64,000 nucleotides of DNA from Leptolyngbyaceae cyanobacterium (GCA_965263355.1 CBDHHL010000032.1:2240001-2304000); one strand, 5' to 3'; positions 1-11,628 are shown, numbered from the stretch's first letter. A program made the numbers and translations. Notes: generated by a model from the sequence alone, not told the origin.

Positions 1-1075
1 TTTGACCCACTTCATCATGGTTATATCTAGCCCAGCCATAGGCCTCATCATAATAATCCAGAGCCTGGTCATAGCCTCGTCTGACAAAGTGAAGTTGCCC
101 CAGATGACTCAGGGTCCGGCTATAGTCTGGCCCTATGTACTTGTCTCGGTATGCCAACGCTTCGTGCAACGTATCTAGGGCCCGGTTAAACTCACCCTGC
201 TCAGCATACAGCTCACCCAGGTTGTTCAGAATACTGGCCAGTTCATGCCACTGGCCCTGGGAAATAGCGCTCTCTTTGGCTGCTAGATAAACATCCTGGG
301 CTTTACCATAGGCCTGCTGTTGTAAATAAACATGGCCCAAGCCATTGAGATATCGGGGGATCCCTTTCCAATATCCAACAAACTTGGCCTCGGTGAGGGC
401 TGTTTCATAGGCAACCTCAGCTTGGGCGTAATCCCCCAGGGTGTAGTGAATATTTCCCATTTCTGCCAGGATTCTGGTGCGATCCACCCGATCTGAACTT
501 TGGGCAAGGGCCGATGCTAACGTATCCAGAGCCTTACTATACTGTCCCGTGTGGCGATAAACTTCCCCCAGCGCTAGATTGTATCGATTTTGCTCAGCAA
601 AGTCGGAGAGTAATCCCCGTTGCACCTGACGGAGCCGTTGCCAGCTGCGGCTAATATTGCCCTGCTCTAGCCAGATTAGCGCCTGCATTAGAAACCCTCG
701 GTTACGCTGGGTGATGGCTAAGCCTGAAGGGATGGCAAGTTGGTCAGCTTGGTTAAGGGTTTGCTGAGCCCGATCATAGTTGCCCAAACGATAGTGGGCA
801 AAACTTAGGTCGATTAAGCTATTGTGCTCACCGACTAGATCTCCAGCACTGCGATACATCTGAATAGCCATTTCCAATGGGCGGATAGCGGCTTGACTAC
901 TGCCCATACGGAGAAATGTTTTTCCTTGTTGATGCTGCCCTTGGGCGGCATTAGTGGATTTGCTTCCAGCAATTTGTGTGGTATTTGCCTGGCCAGCTCG
1001 GGCCTCTGCCCCCGACCCTACTGCCCCTAATAAACCAATAATCAGCAGCCAGCCAACCCCTCGAAAACCTGCCAT
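1..1075 (-). CDS. Tetratricopeptide-repeat protein with N-terminal signal/TM segment; runs off the left edge of the window
   Basis: Not in the ORF track. Manual translation from ATG at 1075 gives MAGFRGVGWLLIIGLLGAVG..., then TPR-like helices (SLIDLSFAHYRLGNYDRAQQTL). The same frame reads DYYDEAYGWARYNHDEVGQ at the window edge. Confidence 0.8.
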   Translation of the reverse strand, partial: MAGFRGVGWLLIIGLLGAVGSGAEARAGQANTTQIAGSKSTNAAQGQHQQGKTFLRMGSSQAAIRPLEMAIQMYRSAGDLVGEHNSLIDLSFAHYRLGNYDRAQQTLNQADQLAIPSGLAITQRNRGFLMQALIWLEQGNISRSWQRLRQVQRGLLSDFAEQNRYNLALGEVYRHTGQYSKALDTLASALAQSSDRVDRTRILAEMGNIHYTLGDYAQAEVAYETALTEAKFVGYWKGIPRYLNGLGHVYLQQQAYGKAQDVYLAAKESAISQGQWHELASILNNLGELYAEQGEFNRALDTLHEALAYRDKYIGPDYSRTLSHLGQLHFVRRGYDQALDYYDEAYGWARYNHDEVGQ

Positions 1076-1215
1076 AAACGCCCAATTCTGTGACAACTAT
1101 CCATAGAACCCGTATTGTCCCCAAGATCAATACCCAGATTGATCTAATTGCTTATACAGGCTAACTTGGGCCGTTTTAGGATGCTTATGGCATATTTCTG
1201 CCACCGTACTTGGCA

Positions 1216-1280
1216 ATCGGTGGGCTATGCCTACCCTACGATCCTTGGGGATCGGTGGGCTAGGCCCACCCTACGATCCT
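1216..1280. repeat. Two ~30-bp REP-like palindromic direct repeats
   Basis: atcggtgggctatgcctaccctacgatcct (1216-1245) and atcggtgggctaggcccaccctacgatcct (1251-1280). The minus strand reads GTAG followed by a GGTGGGC..GCCCACC hairpin. Confidence 0.65.
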
Positions 1281-1401
1281 CTTCACTCACGTCGCCACCC
1301 ACTCCCTCTCTAACCTCAAGATTGTTATCCTTTAAATAGAATAAATAGAAAAAGTCACAATCGAAGTTTGTCTGACGCCAAGCTATGGTTATATACCGCT
1401 G

Positions 1402-2676
1402 GTGGATTACACAAGACGAGTTGGCATGATGAGAGTTCTGGATAAACGACACCGGATAATGGCATTGCTGTTTGCAATGATGATATTAGTGTCGCTGGGC
1501 TTTTGGCTAGACCGTGGTGATGTTAATAGTCCTAATGCTGCCTGGGCGGCTAAGAGGAATTTTTGGGGTGATCGGCAAGTGGTGGCGGCGTTACGATCTG
1601 GGTTTGACCAGGCGGACCAGGCGGCACAATTAGCCCAAACTGCTAGAACGGTCGATCAGTGGGATGAGGTGGTAGAGGTCTGGACGGGTGCGATCGCATC
1701 ACTGCAAACTATTCCCGCCCAAAGCCCGGAGCGTTTTTTTGCCCAACGTAAACAGCGAGAATATTTACAAAATCTAGCGTTGGCCCAACAACAGGCCAAT
1801 CAGCTGAGTTGGCCCAACGTATTTCCCAGCCTGGGCAGTGCGATCTTAGATGAACAATTACGGCTTTACCTCAGCTATCTGGCCACAATGGGGCCCCCAG
1901 ACATTCTAATTATTGGCAGTTCCCGCGCTCTTCAAGGATTAGATCCGCAGCAGTTACAGGCAGGGTTAAACGATCAGGGTTATCCTGCTAGGGTCTACAA
2001 CTTCAGTATTAATGGTGCAACGGCCCAGGTGATGAACTTTGTCCTACAGCGCCTATTTACGCCAGAGCAGTTGCCTAAGTTGGTAATCTGGGGTGACGGG
2101 TCACGGGCATTTAATAGCCGTCGGGTAGATGCCACATTTGCCCAAATTCTTAACTCACCGGGGTACCAGGCCATTGTGGCAGGGCAGCAACCTGGATTTA
2201 CCGACAGCTCGACCGTACCCAAACAACCCAGTGCCATAAATGCCTATGGTTTTTTGCCTGTGGCGACTGTGTTTGATCCAGATAGCTTTTACCAAACCTA
2301 TCCTCGCGTCAGTGGCCAATATGATGGCTTCTATAATCCGTTTGGTCTGACGGGGTTACAGTTGGGATCGTTGCGATCGCTGGTGGACTATCTCAAACGC
2401 CGCAATATTGATTTAGTTTACGTCAATCTTCCCCTGAGTGGTGACTATTTAGATGACTATCGTCTATCCGTCGATCAACGTTTTCAACAGTTTTTGCAAA
2501 CCCAAAGTGAACGTCTAGGGTTTACTGTTGTTGATCTCCTGTCCCAATGGATAAGGCAGGATAACTTTTTTGCTGACCCCAGCCACTTAAATCAAACAGG
2601 GGCCGCAAATGTGGGGCAACAGCTAGCCCGTAATCCATTGGTATTGGAAAAACTAAGGGCCTTAAACATGAACTAA
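1402..2676 (+). CDS. Membrane-anchored SGNH-hydrolase-like (DUF1574-like) protein
   Basis: N-terminal TM helix; motifs IIGSSRA, YNFSING and DPSHLN (SGNH blocks). The true start may be a downstream ATG. Confidence 0.65.
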   Translation: MDYTRRVGMMRVLDKRHRIMALLFAMMILVSLGFWLDRGDVNSPNAAWAAKRNFWGDRQVVAALRSGFDQADQAAQLAQTARTVDQWDEVVEVWTGAIASLQTIPAQSPERFFAQRKQREYLQNLALAQQQANQLSWPNVFPSLGSAILDEQLRLYLSYLATMGPPDILIIGSSRALQGLDPQQLQAGLNDQGYPARVYNFSINGATAQVMNFVLQRLFTPEQLPKLVIWGDGSRAFNSRRVDATFAQILNSPGYQAIVAGQQPGFTDSSTVPKQPSAINAYGFLPVATVFDPDSFYQTYPRVSGQYDGFYNPFGLTGLQLGSLRSLVDYLKRRNIDLVYVNLPLSGDYLDDYRLSVDQRFQQFLQTQSERLGFTVVDLLSQWIRQDNFFADPSHLNQTGAANVGQQLARNPLVLEKLRALNMN

Positions 2677-2693
2677 GGGAGGGTATTAACATC

Positions 2694-3941
2694 TTGAAGC
2701 AGGGACTGAGTGAGATAGTGTTAGCACATACCCCGATTCTCAGCCCTCACCCCATGCTTATTGAACGGTTATCTACCAAGGACTTTAGTGCCTTAGCAGA
2801 ACTCTACCGGTCCACACTGCTAGAAACAGTATTGCCCTTTTGGCAGCGGCACTCATTAGATCACGATTACGGCGGCTACTTTACATGTCTAGACATCCAG
2901 GGCAATGTTTACGACACTGATAAATTTATCTGGCTACAAAATCGACAGGTTTGGACATTTTCGATGTTGTATAACCGTCTAGAGCAATGTGCCGATTGGT
3001 TAGCTATTGCTCGTCACGGTGCTGATTTTCTGGCGCAACACGGGCGTGATGCTGATGGCAATTGGTATTTTTCCCTAGATCGCCAGGGACGTCCCCTAAT
3101 ACAGCCTTACAACATTTTTTCTGATTGTTTTGCGGCCATGGCCTTCAGCCAATATGCCCAGGCCAGTGGCGATGGTACTGCTAAAGAAATAGCACTGCAG
3201 GCCTACAACAATGTACTGTGTCGTCAAGATAACCCTAAAGGTCAATATAACAAGGCCTATCCAGGCACTCGCCCGATGAAATCTTTAGCAGTACCGATGA
3301 TTTTGGCTAACCTAACCCTGGAAATGGACTGGTTGCTAACCACAGAACATCTAGACTCAGTGCTCAATCAAACTATTCAGGCTGTCATGGAAGAGTTTTT
3401 AGATGTTGAAAGTGGCCTAATCTATGAAAATATTGCCCCGGATAGTTCCCCCATTGACTGCTTTGAAGGGCGGTTACTTAATCCTGGTCATGGTATCGAA
3501 GCCATGTGGTTCATGATGGATATTGGCCAGCGACGTCAAGATACGACATTAATTAATCGCGCTGTCGATACTACCCTCAAAATTCTTGAACGAGGCTGGG
3601 ACAACCAGTACGGTGGCATTTTTTACTTTCTAGACCGCATGGGCTACCCACCTCAACAACTGGAATGGAGTCAAAAACTTTGGTGGGTCCATCTAGAAAG
3701 CTTGATAGCCCTGCTTTTAGGATATCGACTCACCCAACGAGATGACTGCTGGAAATGGTATTGCACCGTTCATAACTACACCTGGTCTCGATTTAATGAT
3801 CCAGACCACGGTGAGTGGTTTGGGTATCTCAATCGCCAGGGAGATGTTTTATTGCCGTTAAAGGGAGGTAAGTGGAAAGGCTGTTTCCATGTACCACGAG
3901 CACTTTACCTGGGTTGGCAACATGCCCAGGCATTAACTTAA
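2694..3941 (+). CDS. AGE-family N-acylglucosamine 2-epimerase
   Basis: Motifs [36 protein letters not shown] and [11 protein letters not shown] at 2754 is the likelier start. Confidence 0.9.
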   Translation: MKQGLSEIVLAHTPILSPHPMLIERLSTKDFSALAELYRSTLLETVLPFWQRHSLDHDYGGYFTCLDIQGNVYDTDKFIWLQNRQVWTFSMLYNRLEQCADWLAIARHGADFLAQHGRDADGNWYFSLDRQGRPLIQPYNIFSDCFAAMAFSQYAQASGDGTAKEIALQAYNNVLCRQDNPKGQYNKAYPGTRPMKSLAVPMILANLTLEMDWLLTTEHLDSVLNQTIQAVMEEFLDVESGLIYENIAPDSSPIDCFEGRLLNPGHGIEAMWFMMDIGQRRQDTTLINRAVDTTLKILERGWDNQYGGIFYFLDRMGYPPQQLEWSQKLWWVHLESLIALLLGYRLTQRDDCWKWYCTVHNYTWSRFNDPDHGEWFGYLNRQGDVLLPLKGGKWKGCFHVPRALYLGWQHAQALT

Positions 3942-4144
3942 CGTTTTGTTTTATTTTTTACCTGAGACGGTGGCGGCCCTAAAAGTTCGCTAACACAGGT
4001 TATCCATTGCTCTGTTTGCTGGCGTAGCAGCTCCTCATCCATACCCTCAAAGGGAAAATCTTTTTCCAACTGTCGCCAAAACTCCGGATCTTGATTGCAA
4101 CTGGAAGAACGAGATGAACTTTTAGCAGATTTATTCAAAGCCAT
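3938..4144 (-). CDS. Small hypothetical protein
   Basis: 68-aa ATG ORF whose stop overlaps the convergent epimerase stop; no motif recognised. Confidence 0.5.
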   Translation of the reverse strand: MALNKSAKSSSRSSSCNQDPEFWRQLEKDFPFEGMDEELLRQQTEQWITCVSELLGPPPSQVKNKTKR

Positions 4145-4718
4145 AAAATTCCTTGGTTAGCTGAATAGGTCGTGGGTACTCAACTAATTTCAAGGTGCCC
4201 AATGATACACAGCTTTTCAGAATACTTGGGAAACTTAAGCGTTTTTGACGATAACCTAATCACTAATATTAAGTGGGTTTAACCAGGAACGTCCTTATTT
4301 AATAACATTCTGGTGTTATAACTACGTAGGAATGGCTACTCGTGGCAATTTTTATGCAATCTGAGATCGCCATATTGGGCTACCTAGTGGCATTTAAAGT
4401 TTTTAGCGTTGATGCTGCACTAGACCTTGAGATCTGGCCCTACGCTATAGATACGTACAGCTATTAATCAAACGAAGAATTAGCCGTACTCTAAATTAAT
4501 GTGACACTCTTGGGGATTGCTACAGGTGGCACAGTACTTATTAGCTGCACCTAAAGCTAGAGCTATAATGTCGCCATCTATGTATTCCGTGGTTTACAAA
4601 GGTCACCTTATTACGTTTTATTCTCAGTAAGGCAATCCTGCTGAGGTAACTACAGACCAACCTTGATTTCCACCTATTGAGTTACCGTACAAAACTTTGT
4701 ACAGCAAACTCGGCTTAT

Positions 4719-4740
4719 ATTTAGTACAAATGAACTAAAT
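4719..4740. promoter_or_regulatory. Palindromic operator, possibly a cyanobacterial LexA box
   Basis: ATTTAGT-ACAAATGA-ACTAAAT has perfect 7-bp arms. The core AGTACAAATGAACT is one mismatch from AGTAC-N3-TGTACT. Confidence 0.3.
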
Positions 4741-5484
4741 CGTGATACTATCCCCCTGTAGCTATCCATCTAAGCAAGTCTCATATGCCGTTTAGGGGAA
4801 GTAGGTTTATTTATCTATTTCACTCATAGGTCTTCATTGATTTTACTTATGGTGGATGTCGATCACTGGGTTTAGTCTCGAAATAAGACAAAAGTTGTTC
4901 TAAAAACTACAGAATTGCCCCCGGTTCGCCCCTAAACTTTAGAGCTGACTAAATCACTAAGGGAAGAGTTGCAACAAATCGGTAGAGGAAGTGTGGAGTG
5001 AGTGTAGAAATCTATTTGTTACCGATGTTTATAAGTTCGGTTATCGCCTAAGGAAAACCCCACCTAAGCGCTCAAAGGTTAAGCCATACTAGCAATGTGG
5101 AAATTGTCATTATCCTTTCTTCTCTCAGGTAGCTCTAATCTTAGCCTATGTTAATTTCTCATCTACCTAAATTAAAGTAATGGCAATGGAGATGTGTTTT
5201 ATGAGAGTTATTTCATCTAGTGCAATCAACACTATTAGTTAGGGTAAAATCAAACTCATAATGAATCCGATTTGAGTTCGTTTTTTCAGAAATATAGGTA
5301 TTATGTTTGGCCTTGGCCTAGGCGGTTGAAACGGATTTTAGGGTAATTTCACTGATTGAAATCCGATTTGTTGTGCTCTGCGTATTCCTAATACAACTCG
5401 TCATTAACGATTCAAACCAGGAACAAGGGTGAAATCCACATCCTACACCTGACACACTTTTTCCAGCGGAGGTCCATAAAAGCC

Positions 5485-6471
5485 ATGTCAAAGCTGAAAG
5501 CCCCAAAACGAGCTTCCCAAGTTGCGTATAGCACTGATACTGTACGCACTTATTTGCAGGAGATTGGGCGTGTGCCCCTACTTACCCATGAAGAGGAAAT
5601 TGTATTGGGTAAGCAAGTGCAGTGTCTGATGGCCTTGCAGGAAATCAAGGATAAATTGGACGACGAACTTGGGAGCAACGCCAGCCGATCAGCTTGGGCG
5701 CAGGCTGCTAGTATTTCAGAAACCGAGTTGACTCATCAACTACGGCACGGTCAGCGCGCAAAACGCAAAATGATTGAGGCCAATCTGCGTCTTGTCGTGG
5801 CAGTGGCTAAAAAGTATCAAAAGCGTAATCTAGAGTTTCTAGATTTGATTCAAGAAGGTACGTTGGGCCTAGAGCGCGGTGTGGAAAAGTTTGACCCTAT
5901 GAAGGGCTATAAGTTTTCTACCTATGCTTATTGGTGGATTCGCCAGGCGATTACTCGTGCGATCGCTCAGCAGTCCCGCACAATTCGCTTGCCTATTCAC
6001 ATTACTGAGAAGCTTAATAAAATTAAGCGTGAGCAGCGTGTGCTTGCCCAAAGACTAGGACGTAGTCCATCAGTGGGTGAAATTGGTCAGGAGCTTGACC
6101 TGACCCCCGAACAGGTCAGGGAATATTTGACCATGTCCCGTCAGCCTATTTCTCTGGATGTCCGTATTGGTGACAACCAGGACACAGAACTTCAGGAACT
6201 TCTAGAGGACGACACCGTGTCTCCTGAAGACTACACCGTTCAGCAGTCACTGCGGCAAGACATTCGCAATATGCTGACTGAGCTTACCCCCCAGCAAAAG
6301 GAAGTCATCAATCTTCGATTTGGTCTGGTAGATGGAACCCAGCTATCCTTGGCTAAAGTAGGTCAGCGCATGGGCATTAGCCGTGAGCGTGTCCGCCAGC
6401 TAGAACAGCAGGCGCTTAAGCATCTCCGTCGCCGCAAGGCTACATTCCAAGGTTACCTAGCAGCTGGTTAA
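5485..6471 (+). CDS. Group 2 RpoD-family RNA polymerase sigma factor (SigB-like)
   Basis: [40 protein letters not shown] and SRERVRQLE; lacks region 1.1. Confidence 0.92.
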   Translation: MSKLKAPKRASQVAYSTDTVRTYLQEIGRVPLLTHEEEIVLGKQVQCLMALQEIKDKLDDELGSNASRSAWAQAASISETELTHQLRHGQRAKRKMIEANLRLVVAVAKKYQKRNLEFLDLIQEGTLGLERGVEKFDPMKGYKFSTYAYWWIRQAITRAIAQQSRTIRLPIHITEKLNKIKREQRVLAQRLGRSPSVGEIGQELDLTPEQVREYLTMSRQPISLDVRIGDNQDTELQELLEDDTVSPEDYTVQQSLRQDIRNMLTELTPQQKEVINLRFGLVDGTQLSLAKVGQRMGISRERVRQLEQQALKHLRRRKATFQGYLAAG

Positions 6472-6514
6472 GGTACTTTGTAGCTAGATTGGCTTTCCCT
6501 GGACATCTACAAAC

Positions 6515-6544
6515 AGGCTCCTGGTTAAGGCCGGGAGCTTTTTT
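6515..6544 (+). terminator. Intrinsic terminator after the sigma factor gene
   Basis: GCTCCTGG-TTAAGG-CCGGGAGC stem-loop followed by TTTTTT. Confidence 0.75.
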
Positions 6545-6565
6545 ATCTACCACGGACTAGGTTTC

Positions 6566-7579
6566 CTATAATAATGTGCTTAGTTGTTCTCCAGGTTCCA
6601 ATCGCCCCCCATTGGCAAACGCCCAACCAGACTGAGATTTTTTACCTGCAGGCTGTAACTGACGCAACAGCAAATATCCATCACCGGTACTAATAACGGG
6701 ACCATGGTTTTTCCAGATAGCCACAATTTGGCCAGGAACCGCAGGCTCTAAGTGGCTATAAGCCTCTTTTAGGGACTGATATTCCTGGGGTAGTTGAGCC
6801 CAAACCTCATCACAGAAGGGGATAGTTTCAGTGATTTTAAGGGATTGCCTGCGCAGTTGAGTGACACAGCTGGGATAAAACCCCCGTATTTGGTTGTGAA
6901 TATCTAACGCTGAACGTTGCCAGTCAATAATGAAATTCTCTTTTTTGATTAATGGCGCGTAGGTAGCCTGGTCCTCAGTTTGAGGAATAGGACGAATTGC
7001 TTGACCGTCGAGCTTGTGCAGGGTACTCAGCAGCAACTCAGCTGTCAATGTAGCCAATGTTTCAGCAATGGACCAAGCATTATCCAGCAGTCCAATGGAA
7101 ATGGTTTCTTTCAGTAGCATTGGCCCCGTGTCCATGCCAGCATCCATAAGCATAGTGGTGACACCGGTTTCAGTTTCACCATTAAACAAACTCCACTGGA
7201 TGGGAGCTGCTCCACGATACGTCGGTAAAATTGACCCATGGCCATTGATTGCTCCTAATCGTGGCATGTCTAAAATTTCCTGAGATAGAATTTGGCCATA
7301 GGCAACTACAACAAACGCGTCGGCCTGAGACACACTCAAAAAATTTAAGGTATCAGCGTCTTTTTTAATTTTTTGAGGTTGCCATACCGGGATACCTGCT
7401 TCAGTCGCCACTACTTTGACTGGGGATGGCGTAACCTTACTCCCTCGACCACGGCGTTTATCTGGCTGAGTTACGACAGCAACTACATCAAAATCAGGAT
7501 CCTTAATCAAGCGGACAAGGCTGGGTACCGCAAATTGTGGGGTGCCAAAGTAGACAACTTTCATTGCAACAGGGGTCAC
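6566..7579 (-). CDS. fmt: Methionyl-tRNA formyltransferase
   Basis: [40 protein letters not shown] and MDAGMDTG. Confidence 0.95.
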   Translation of the reverse strand: MTPVAMKVVYFGTPQFAVPSLVRLIKDPDFDVVAVVTQPDKRRGRGSKVTPSPVKVVATEAGIPVWQPQKIKKDADTLNFLSVSQADAFVVVAYGQILSQEILDMPRLGAINGHGSILPTYRGAAPIQWSLFNGETETGVTTMLMDAGMDTGPMLLKETISIGLLDNAWSIAETLATLTAELLLSTLHKLDGQAIRPIPQTEDQATYAPLIKKENFIIDWQRSALDIHNQIRGFYPSCVTQLRRQSLKITETIPFCDEVWAQLPQEYQSLKEAYSHLEPAVPGQIVAIWKNHGPVISTGDGYLLLRQLQPAGKKSQSGWAFANGGRLEPGEQLSTLL

Positions 7580-7610
7580 GGAATAGGTGAATTGATTATC
7601 AGCATGCCGC

Positions 7611-7860
7611 TAACGGCGATCAATAGCAATTCCAATATGGCAAGGCGTGCAGTCCGTCGCTAACGGCGATCAATAGCAATTCCAATATGGCAAGGCGTGC
7701 AGTCCGTCGCTAACGGCGATCAATAGCAATTCCAATATGGCAAGGCGTGCAGTCCGTCGCTAACGGCGATCAATAGCAATTCCAATATGGCAAGGCGTGC
7801 AGTCCGTCGCTAACGGCGATCAATAGCAATTCCAATATGGCAAGGCGTGCAGTCCGTCGC
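7611..7860. repeat. Perfect tandem repeat, 50 bp x 5
   Basis: Unit taacggcgatcaatagcaattccaatatggcaaggcgtgcagtccgtcgc repeats head-to-tail with no spacers. Its first half matches the last codons of the adjacent OmpA-domain gene. Confidence 0.95.
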
Positions 7861-7904
7861 AATTTCAATATGCAAGGCGATTGCAGCTGTCGCTAATTGG
7901 GGAT

Positions 7905-8006
7905 CTGTTATCAGTGATGGGCCGACTTTGACCATAGCCGATGGTAACCCAGCGATAGTCTGGTAAATTACCCGCTAAATAGGACCTCAAAGCATTGGCT
8001 TGTTGA
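7905..8006. repeat. Exact 102-bp duplicate of 8073-8174 (3' part of the OmpA-domain gene)
   Basis: ctgttatcagtgatggg...cattggcttgttga occurs twice at an offset of 168 bp. Confidence 0.9.
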
Positions 8007-8014
8007 GTCCGTCG

Positions 8015-9025
8015 CTAACGGCGATCAATAGCAATTTCAATGCGACGATTGCGCTGACGCAATTGGGGATTGCTGTTATCAGTGATGGGCCGACTTTGAC
8101 CATAGCCGATGGTAACCCAGCGATAGTCTGGTAAATTACCCGCTAAATAGGACCTCAAAGCATTGGCTTGTTGAAACGCTAAGTTACGACTTTGGGAGGG
8201 ATCCATATGGTCATCAGTGTGGCTACCAATCAGGATGGTAGCGTTTGGATATTGGGCCAAATCTTCAAAAATACTACCGAGAAGTTCCGGCGCAGTGGTT
8301 AGTAGCCGGGCTTCGCCGGGGACAAATAAGGCATCACTGGGTAGGGTGATTTTAAGTTCAGTTGTCTCTAAAAGTGGATGTTGTGACGTTGTCAGAGTAT
8401 CTTTCTTGTCAGTTTCTGATTCAGTTTGGGATGCGTTAGTAGGCTGGATAGGGAGTTCGTCTGACTGGCCAGAAATCAGTTGACGCTCTAAGCTAACTAG
8501 CCTGCTTTCTACGTCGGCGGTAGATTGTGCCTGTCCCAATCTACTCTCAAGGTCAAACAAGCGTTTGCGAATCGTTTCAAATTCCTGTTGTAGAGCAACC
8601 AGTTCTTCTTCTGCGATCTGACGTTCGCGCTCATTTAAAGCGGCAGGGGGTGTGGTTAATGGATCAACGGGTTGTATGGGAATAGGGATAGGCTCGATGC
8701 GAGTTTCAGGCGGGGGGGCAGGTCGCCAACGACCAGGCAAGTGATAAATTTCTGTAATCACCCGATTAGTACGACGTAAAACGACCTCCTGTAAGGGCAT
8801 CCGTTTAGCTGGAGCTGAAATTAACCTAGTGGTGCCAATACCTAATAACCAAGCGATTGGTATACCTACAAGCAATAAACCGAGCCCTAGTAAGACATTT
8901 GTCCCACGTCCTATCCAACGATGACGAGAAATAGGAGGAGGGGCCTCTATAGTGGGCTCTACAGTAGGGGAGAGTTCTGAAACTGGGTAGGGGGCAGGAA
9001 GTTCAGGGTATCGCTCACTAGACAC
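8015..9025 (-). CDS. Membrane-anchored OmpA/MotB C-terminal domain protein
   Basis: TM helix and coiled coil, then LPSDALF, IGSHTDD, GYGQSRP and NRRIEI. Confidence 0.88.
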   Translation of the reverse strand: MSSERYPELPAPYPVSELSPTVEPTIEAPPPISRHRWIGRGTNVLLGLGLLLVGIPIAWLLGIGTTRLISAPAKRMPLQEVVLRRTNRVITEIYHLPGRWRPAPPPETRIEPIPIPIQPVDPLTTPPAALNERERQIAEEELVALQQEFETIRKRLFDLESRLGQAQSTADVESRLVSLERQLISGQSDELPIQPTNASQTESETDKKDTLTTSQHPLLETTELKITLPSDALFVPGEARLLTTAPELLGSIFEDLAQYPNATILIGSHTDDHMDPSQSRNLAFQQANALRSYLAGNLPDYRWVTIGYGQSRPITDNSNPQLRQRNRRIEIAIDRR

Positions 9026-9056
9026 AACAATGATCCTCTAGTACCAATAAATTAAC

Positions 9057-10646
9057 CTATTCCTCGGGCCAACCATCCCAAGGATTAACTTCCACCACGT
9101 TTACATCATTGATGACGACTAGAAAATCAAGTTGAGGTTGATCCTCAGGGATAGCCTGGCTCAGACCGGATAGTTTGAAATCATCTGCATAGTCTTCTGC
9201 GGCTGGGTTAGTGGCTTGGTAGCCTGTAATGTTACCGGCCTGATCCAAACGGACCCGATAGCGTAATTCTGGCCCAGTTCGGTCTGGATCTCGGTTGTTA
9301 ATAATGGTTCGTCGCAACTCTTGATTGAGTTCATAAATGCGGTCAACATCCTGAATTGGAGTAGCGACAAAGGCAGAAAGAGTAGCACTTGGTGAGGTTA
9401 TGGTTTCAGAGTTGCTATCTATAGCAACGTCATTGTTTGGTGCAGAGGATTGCTGCCCCATATCATTGCTTGGGTTGTCAGATGATATCCCGTCCTCTGA
9501 GGAATTTGGGTCCTCTGAGGAATTTGATGATTCCACCACATCGGGAATGGTAGCTTCAGAGGCGTCCGTTTCGGGCTCAGGTGTGACGATTTGGTCAGAT
9601 ACCACCTCAACAGTGCCATCGGTTGCAAATGTAACTTCAAACTGAGCCAGTGGCCCTACAGATGTATCACCGACTGGAATATACGTCAGTTCGGGTAGGG
9701 GCGTGTCATCCAAATTGTTTAGTGATGTGTCATTCAATGGGTTATAGCCGACAATATCTCCATTTTCAGCAACGGAAACTTGATAGCTGAGTGAGTCTGT
9801 AAAGCCAGCATCGCTGGGTAAGCGAGTGCTAAGTTGCTGCTGAACCTGTTGCTGCAGGGACACTAATTGAGTACTGTCAGTGATCGTAGTTCTAGTTGGG
9901 GCTGTTTCCCCAGTAACCTCATCAGTAACTTCGCTAGCATCAGTCTCGTCTGTTGGCAACTCAGTTGCTACATCATCATCAGTGGTTGGACTGATGCCAT
10001 TGCTCGTTGGATCGTCCAATACATCTTCCACTCTAGACGTATTCTGTTGCTCTAGCGCCTCGGGCTCAGCTAGTTCTGGCACTGGTAAGAAGAATAAACC
10101 GAACGCGGCTACAGCCAAAGTGCCCATCCCTAATAAGGGGGGAATTACTCTTTGGGTCAAAGGTTCTGCAGCTCGGACATACTTACGGGGTAGAGGAGCT
10201 AGACCGACTGACACATCGGGTAAAGCTTGGCTGTCGGCATAAAACTGATCGATAGCTTCAGCCATATCAAACAGTTGTACTGTCGACAGCTTGATGGTCT
10301 TAGAAACCATATCATCAGTACTTTCACTGGATGAACCATTTAACAGCTCAGGTTTTACGATTAGACGATGGTATTGTCCTTCATCAGGTTCAACCGATAC
10401 CGGTGATGATTGGGATGCCATGTGTTCCGGATGGTCTAACCCACTAATCAAACGTTGGCAATAGGCACTGACGGCAATGACCAGTGCTTTAAAGAAATCT
10501 GTGCCGCCTGATAGGGATTGTTCATCAAGTCCTGCAATCTTAAATTCAGCGTTAGCCAATATGGAGAGCACATTGGATGCATCGGTACTTAAGCCTTCTA
10601 ATATCAGGCTGCAATTTGGCAGCACATACTGTCGTTTAATGGTCAT
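9057..10646 (-). CDS. DUF4335-type cyanobacterial protein
   Basis: MTIKRQYVLPNCSLILEG and LSTVQLFDMAEAIDQF, one TM helix and an acidic C-terminus; translationally coupled to DUF3038. Confidence 0.75.
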   Translation of the reverse strand: MTIKRQYVLPNCSLILEGLSTDASNVLSILANAEFKIAGLDEQSLSGGTDFFKALVIAVSAYCQRLISGLDHPEHMASQSSPVSVEPDEGQYHRLIVKPELLNGSSSESTDDMVSKTIKLSTVQLFDMAEAIDQFYADSQALPDVSVGLAPLPRKYVRAAEPLTQRVIPPLLGMGTLAVAAFGLFFLPVPELAEPEALEQQNTSRVEDVLDDPTSNGISPTTDDDVATELPTDETDASEVTDEVTGETAPTRTTITDSTQLVSLQQQVQQQLSTRLPSDAGFTDSLSYQVSVAENGDIVGYNPLNDTSLNNLDDTPLPELTYIPVGDTSVGPLAQFEVTFATDGTVEVVSDQIVTPEPETDASEATIPDVVESSNSSEDPNSSEDGISSDNPSNDMGQQSSAPNNDVAIDSNSETITSPSATLSAFVATPIQDVDRIYELNQELRRTIINNRDPDRTGPELRYRVRLDQAGNITGYQATNPAAEDYADDFKLSGLSQAIPEDQPQLDFLVVINDVNVVEVNPWDGWPEE

Positions 10647-11251
10647 GATATTTCCCCATCAAAGAGGCTGGTCCAAAGGCGTTCTTCACCACGAGTGCCT
10701 GTGCATATCAACAGCTGAGTCAACAGTGAGAGCGCTAGTTTATCAAGTTTTTCATCGGTGCTGTAGGTAATCACCGTAGCCCGCTTAGGATTCATACGAG
10801 CCCGGAAATGGGCACGAAATCGCTTCAAATATTTGGCCAAGCGAAAATGGTGATCCAGAGAAAGCTGCTGATCTTGTAGTTGTTGATAGCCTAAAAATAG
10901 CTGTCGAATCAACCCCGTTAGCTTACGACATAAGTAGCAGACCACTAGCACTAGCGCTTTAGCTTCTTCCAAAGTAAGGGGTTGACGCTGATTAAATTTC
11001 CGTAGCGGGTTAGTACTGCGCAACCGCCAAAGATGCACACGGCTTTTAAGCACATCTTGCAGTCCCAGCTCTCTGATAGCAGCCAACATTACCTGAGATG
11101 CATTAAGTTCAAGGGCCTCAATGGCAAGCATAATAAAGTCCAGCTGCGTTTTTGCCCGACGGGGGCACTCATCGCTTTGGATTCCGTAGTTTGGCAACTT
11201 GTCCAAGATTGGAGATCTGACGGGTTTCTCTGGTGGGCTTTTAACGGTCAT
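10643..11251 (-). CDS. DUF3038-type cyanobacterial protein
   Basis: QLDFIMLAIEAL, LWRLRSTNPLR and RLWTSLFDGE. Confidence 0.8.
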   Translation of the reverse strand: MTVKSPPEKPVRSPILDKLPNYGIQSDECPRRAKTQLDFIMLAIEALELNASQVMLAAIRELGLQDVLKSRVHLWRLRSTNPLRKFNQRQPLTLEEAKALVLVVCYLCRKLTGLIRQLFLGYQQLQDQQLSLDHHFRLAKYLKRFRAHFRARMNPKRATVITYSTDEKLDKLALSLLTQLLICTGTRGEERLWTSLFDGEIS

Positions 11252-11628
11252 TCCCTATACGGCTCTTGATAAATTTAGTCGCTGCAGTGGATGTAACTGG
11301 ATATTTACAAATGGGCCAAAAGGCCAGCTCCTATCAAAACATAAACCACATCCAGGTTGAAACCCTGAATTTTCTCCTAGGAAAACCTTAAATTATGACT
11401 GGAAATAGGATTCAGGGTAAACCATATCAACAGCTATATTTCTATGGTCGGCGGTATGTCTCAAGAGCTACATCTAGCATCAACACTTATTCATATCTCT
11501 TATGAAAGTACCCGGTAGCTTAGCCTGAATGAACGTGATTTCCTTAAATGCTTAGGCAACCGGTTTAATCGCAATTTTACGATCTAGAGATGGGGTGCTA
11601 CTCTATGGTGCATTAGTAACTATGTACT

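Noticed and set aside
283..507. 74-aa minus-strand ORF
   Set aside because: Out-of-frame overlap with the long TPR gene (<1-1075).
2694..3941. AGE epimerase as part of the glycolipid cluster (sialic acid supply)
   Set aside because: It lies about 10 kb away among core genes, and no neuAB or sialyltransferase is seen.
4326..4339. NtcA site GTA-N8-TAC
   Set aside because: A 6-bp match is expected by chance every few kb, and no properly spaced -10 element was found.
7373..7663. 96-aa plus-strand ORF
   Set aside because: Antisense to fmt and ends within the tandem repeat; a shadow ORF.
7611..7860. CRISPR array
   Set aside because: Units are identical and contiguous with no variable spacers, derive from the neighbouring gene end, and no cas genes are present.
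9492..9526. 18-bp-period duplication in the DUF4335 gene
   Set aside because: In-frame slippage in a low-complexity linker (NSSED twice); unremarkable.
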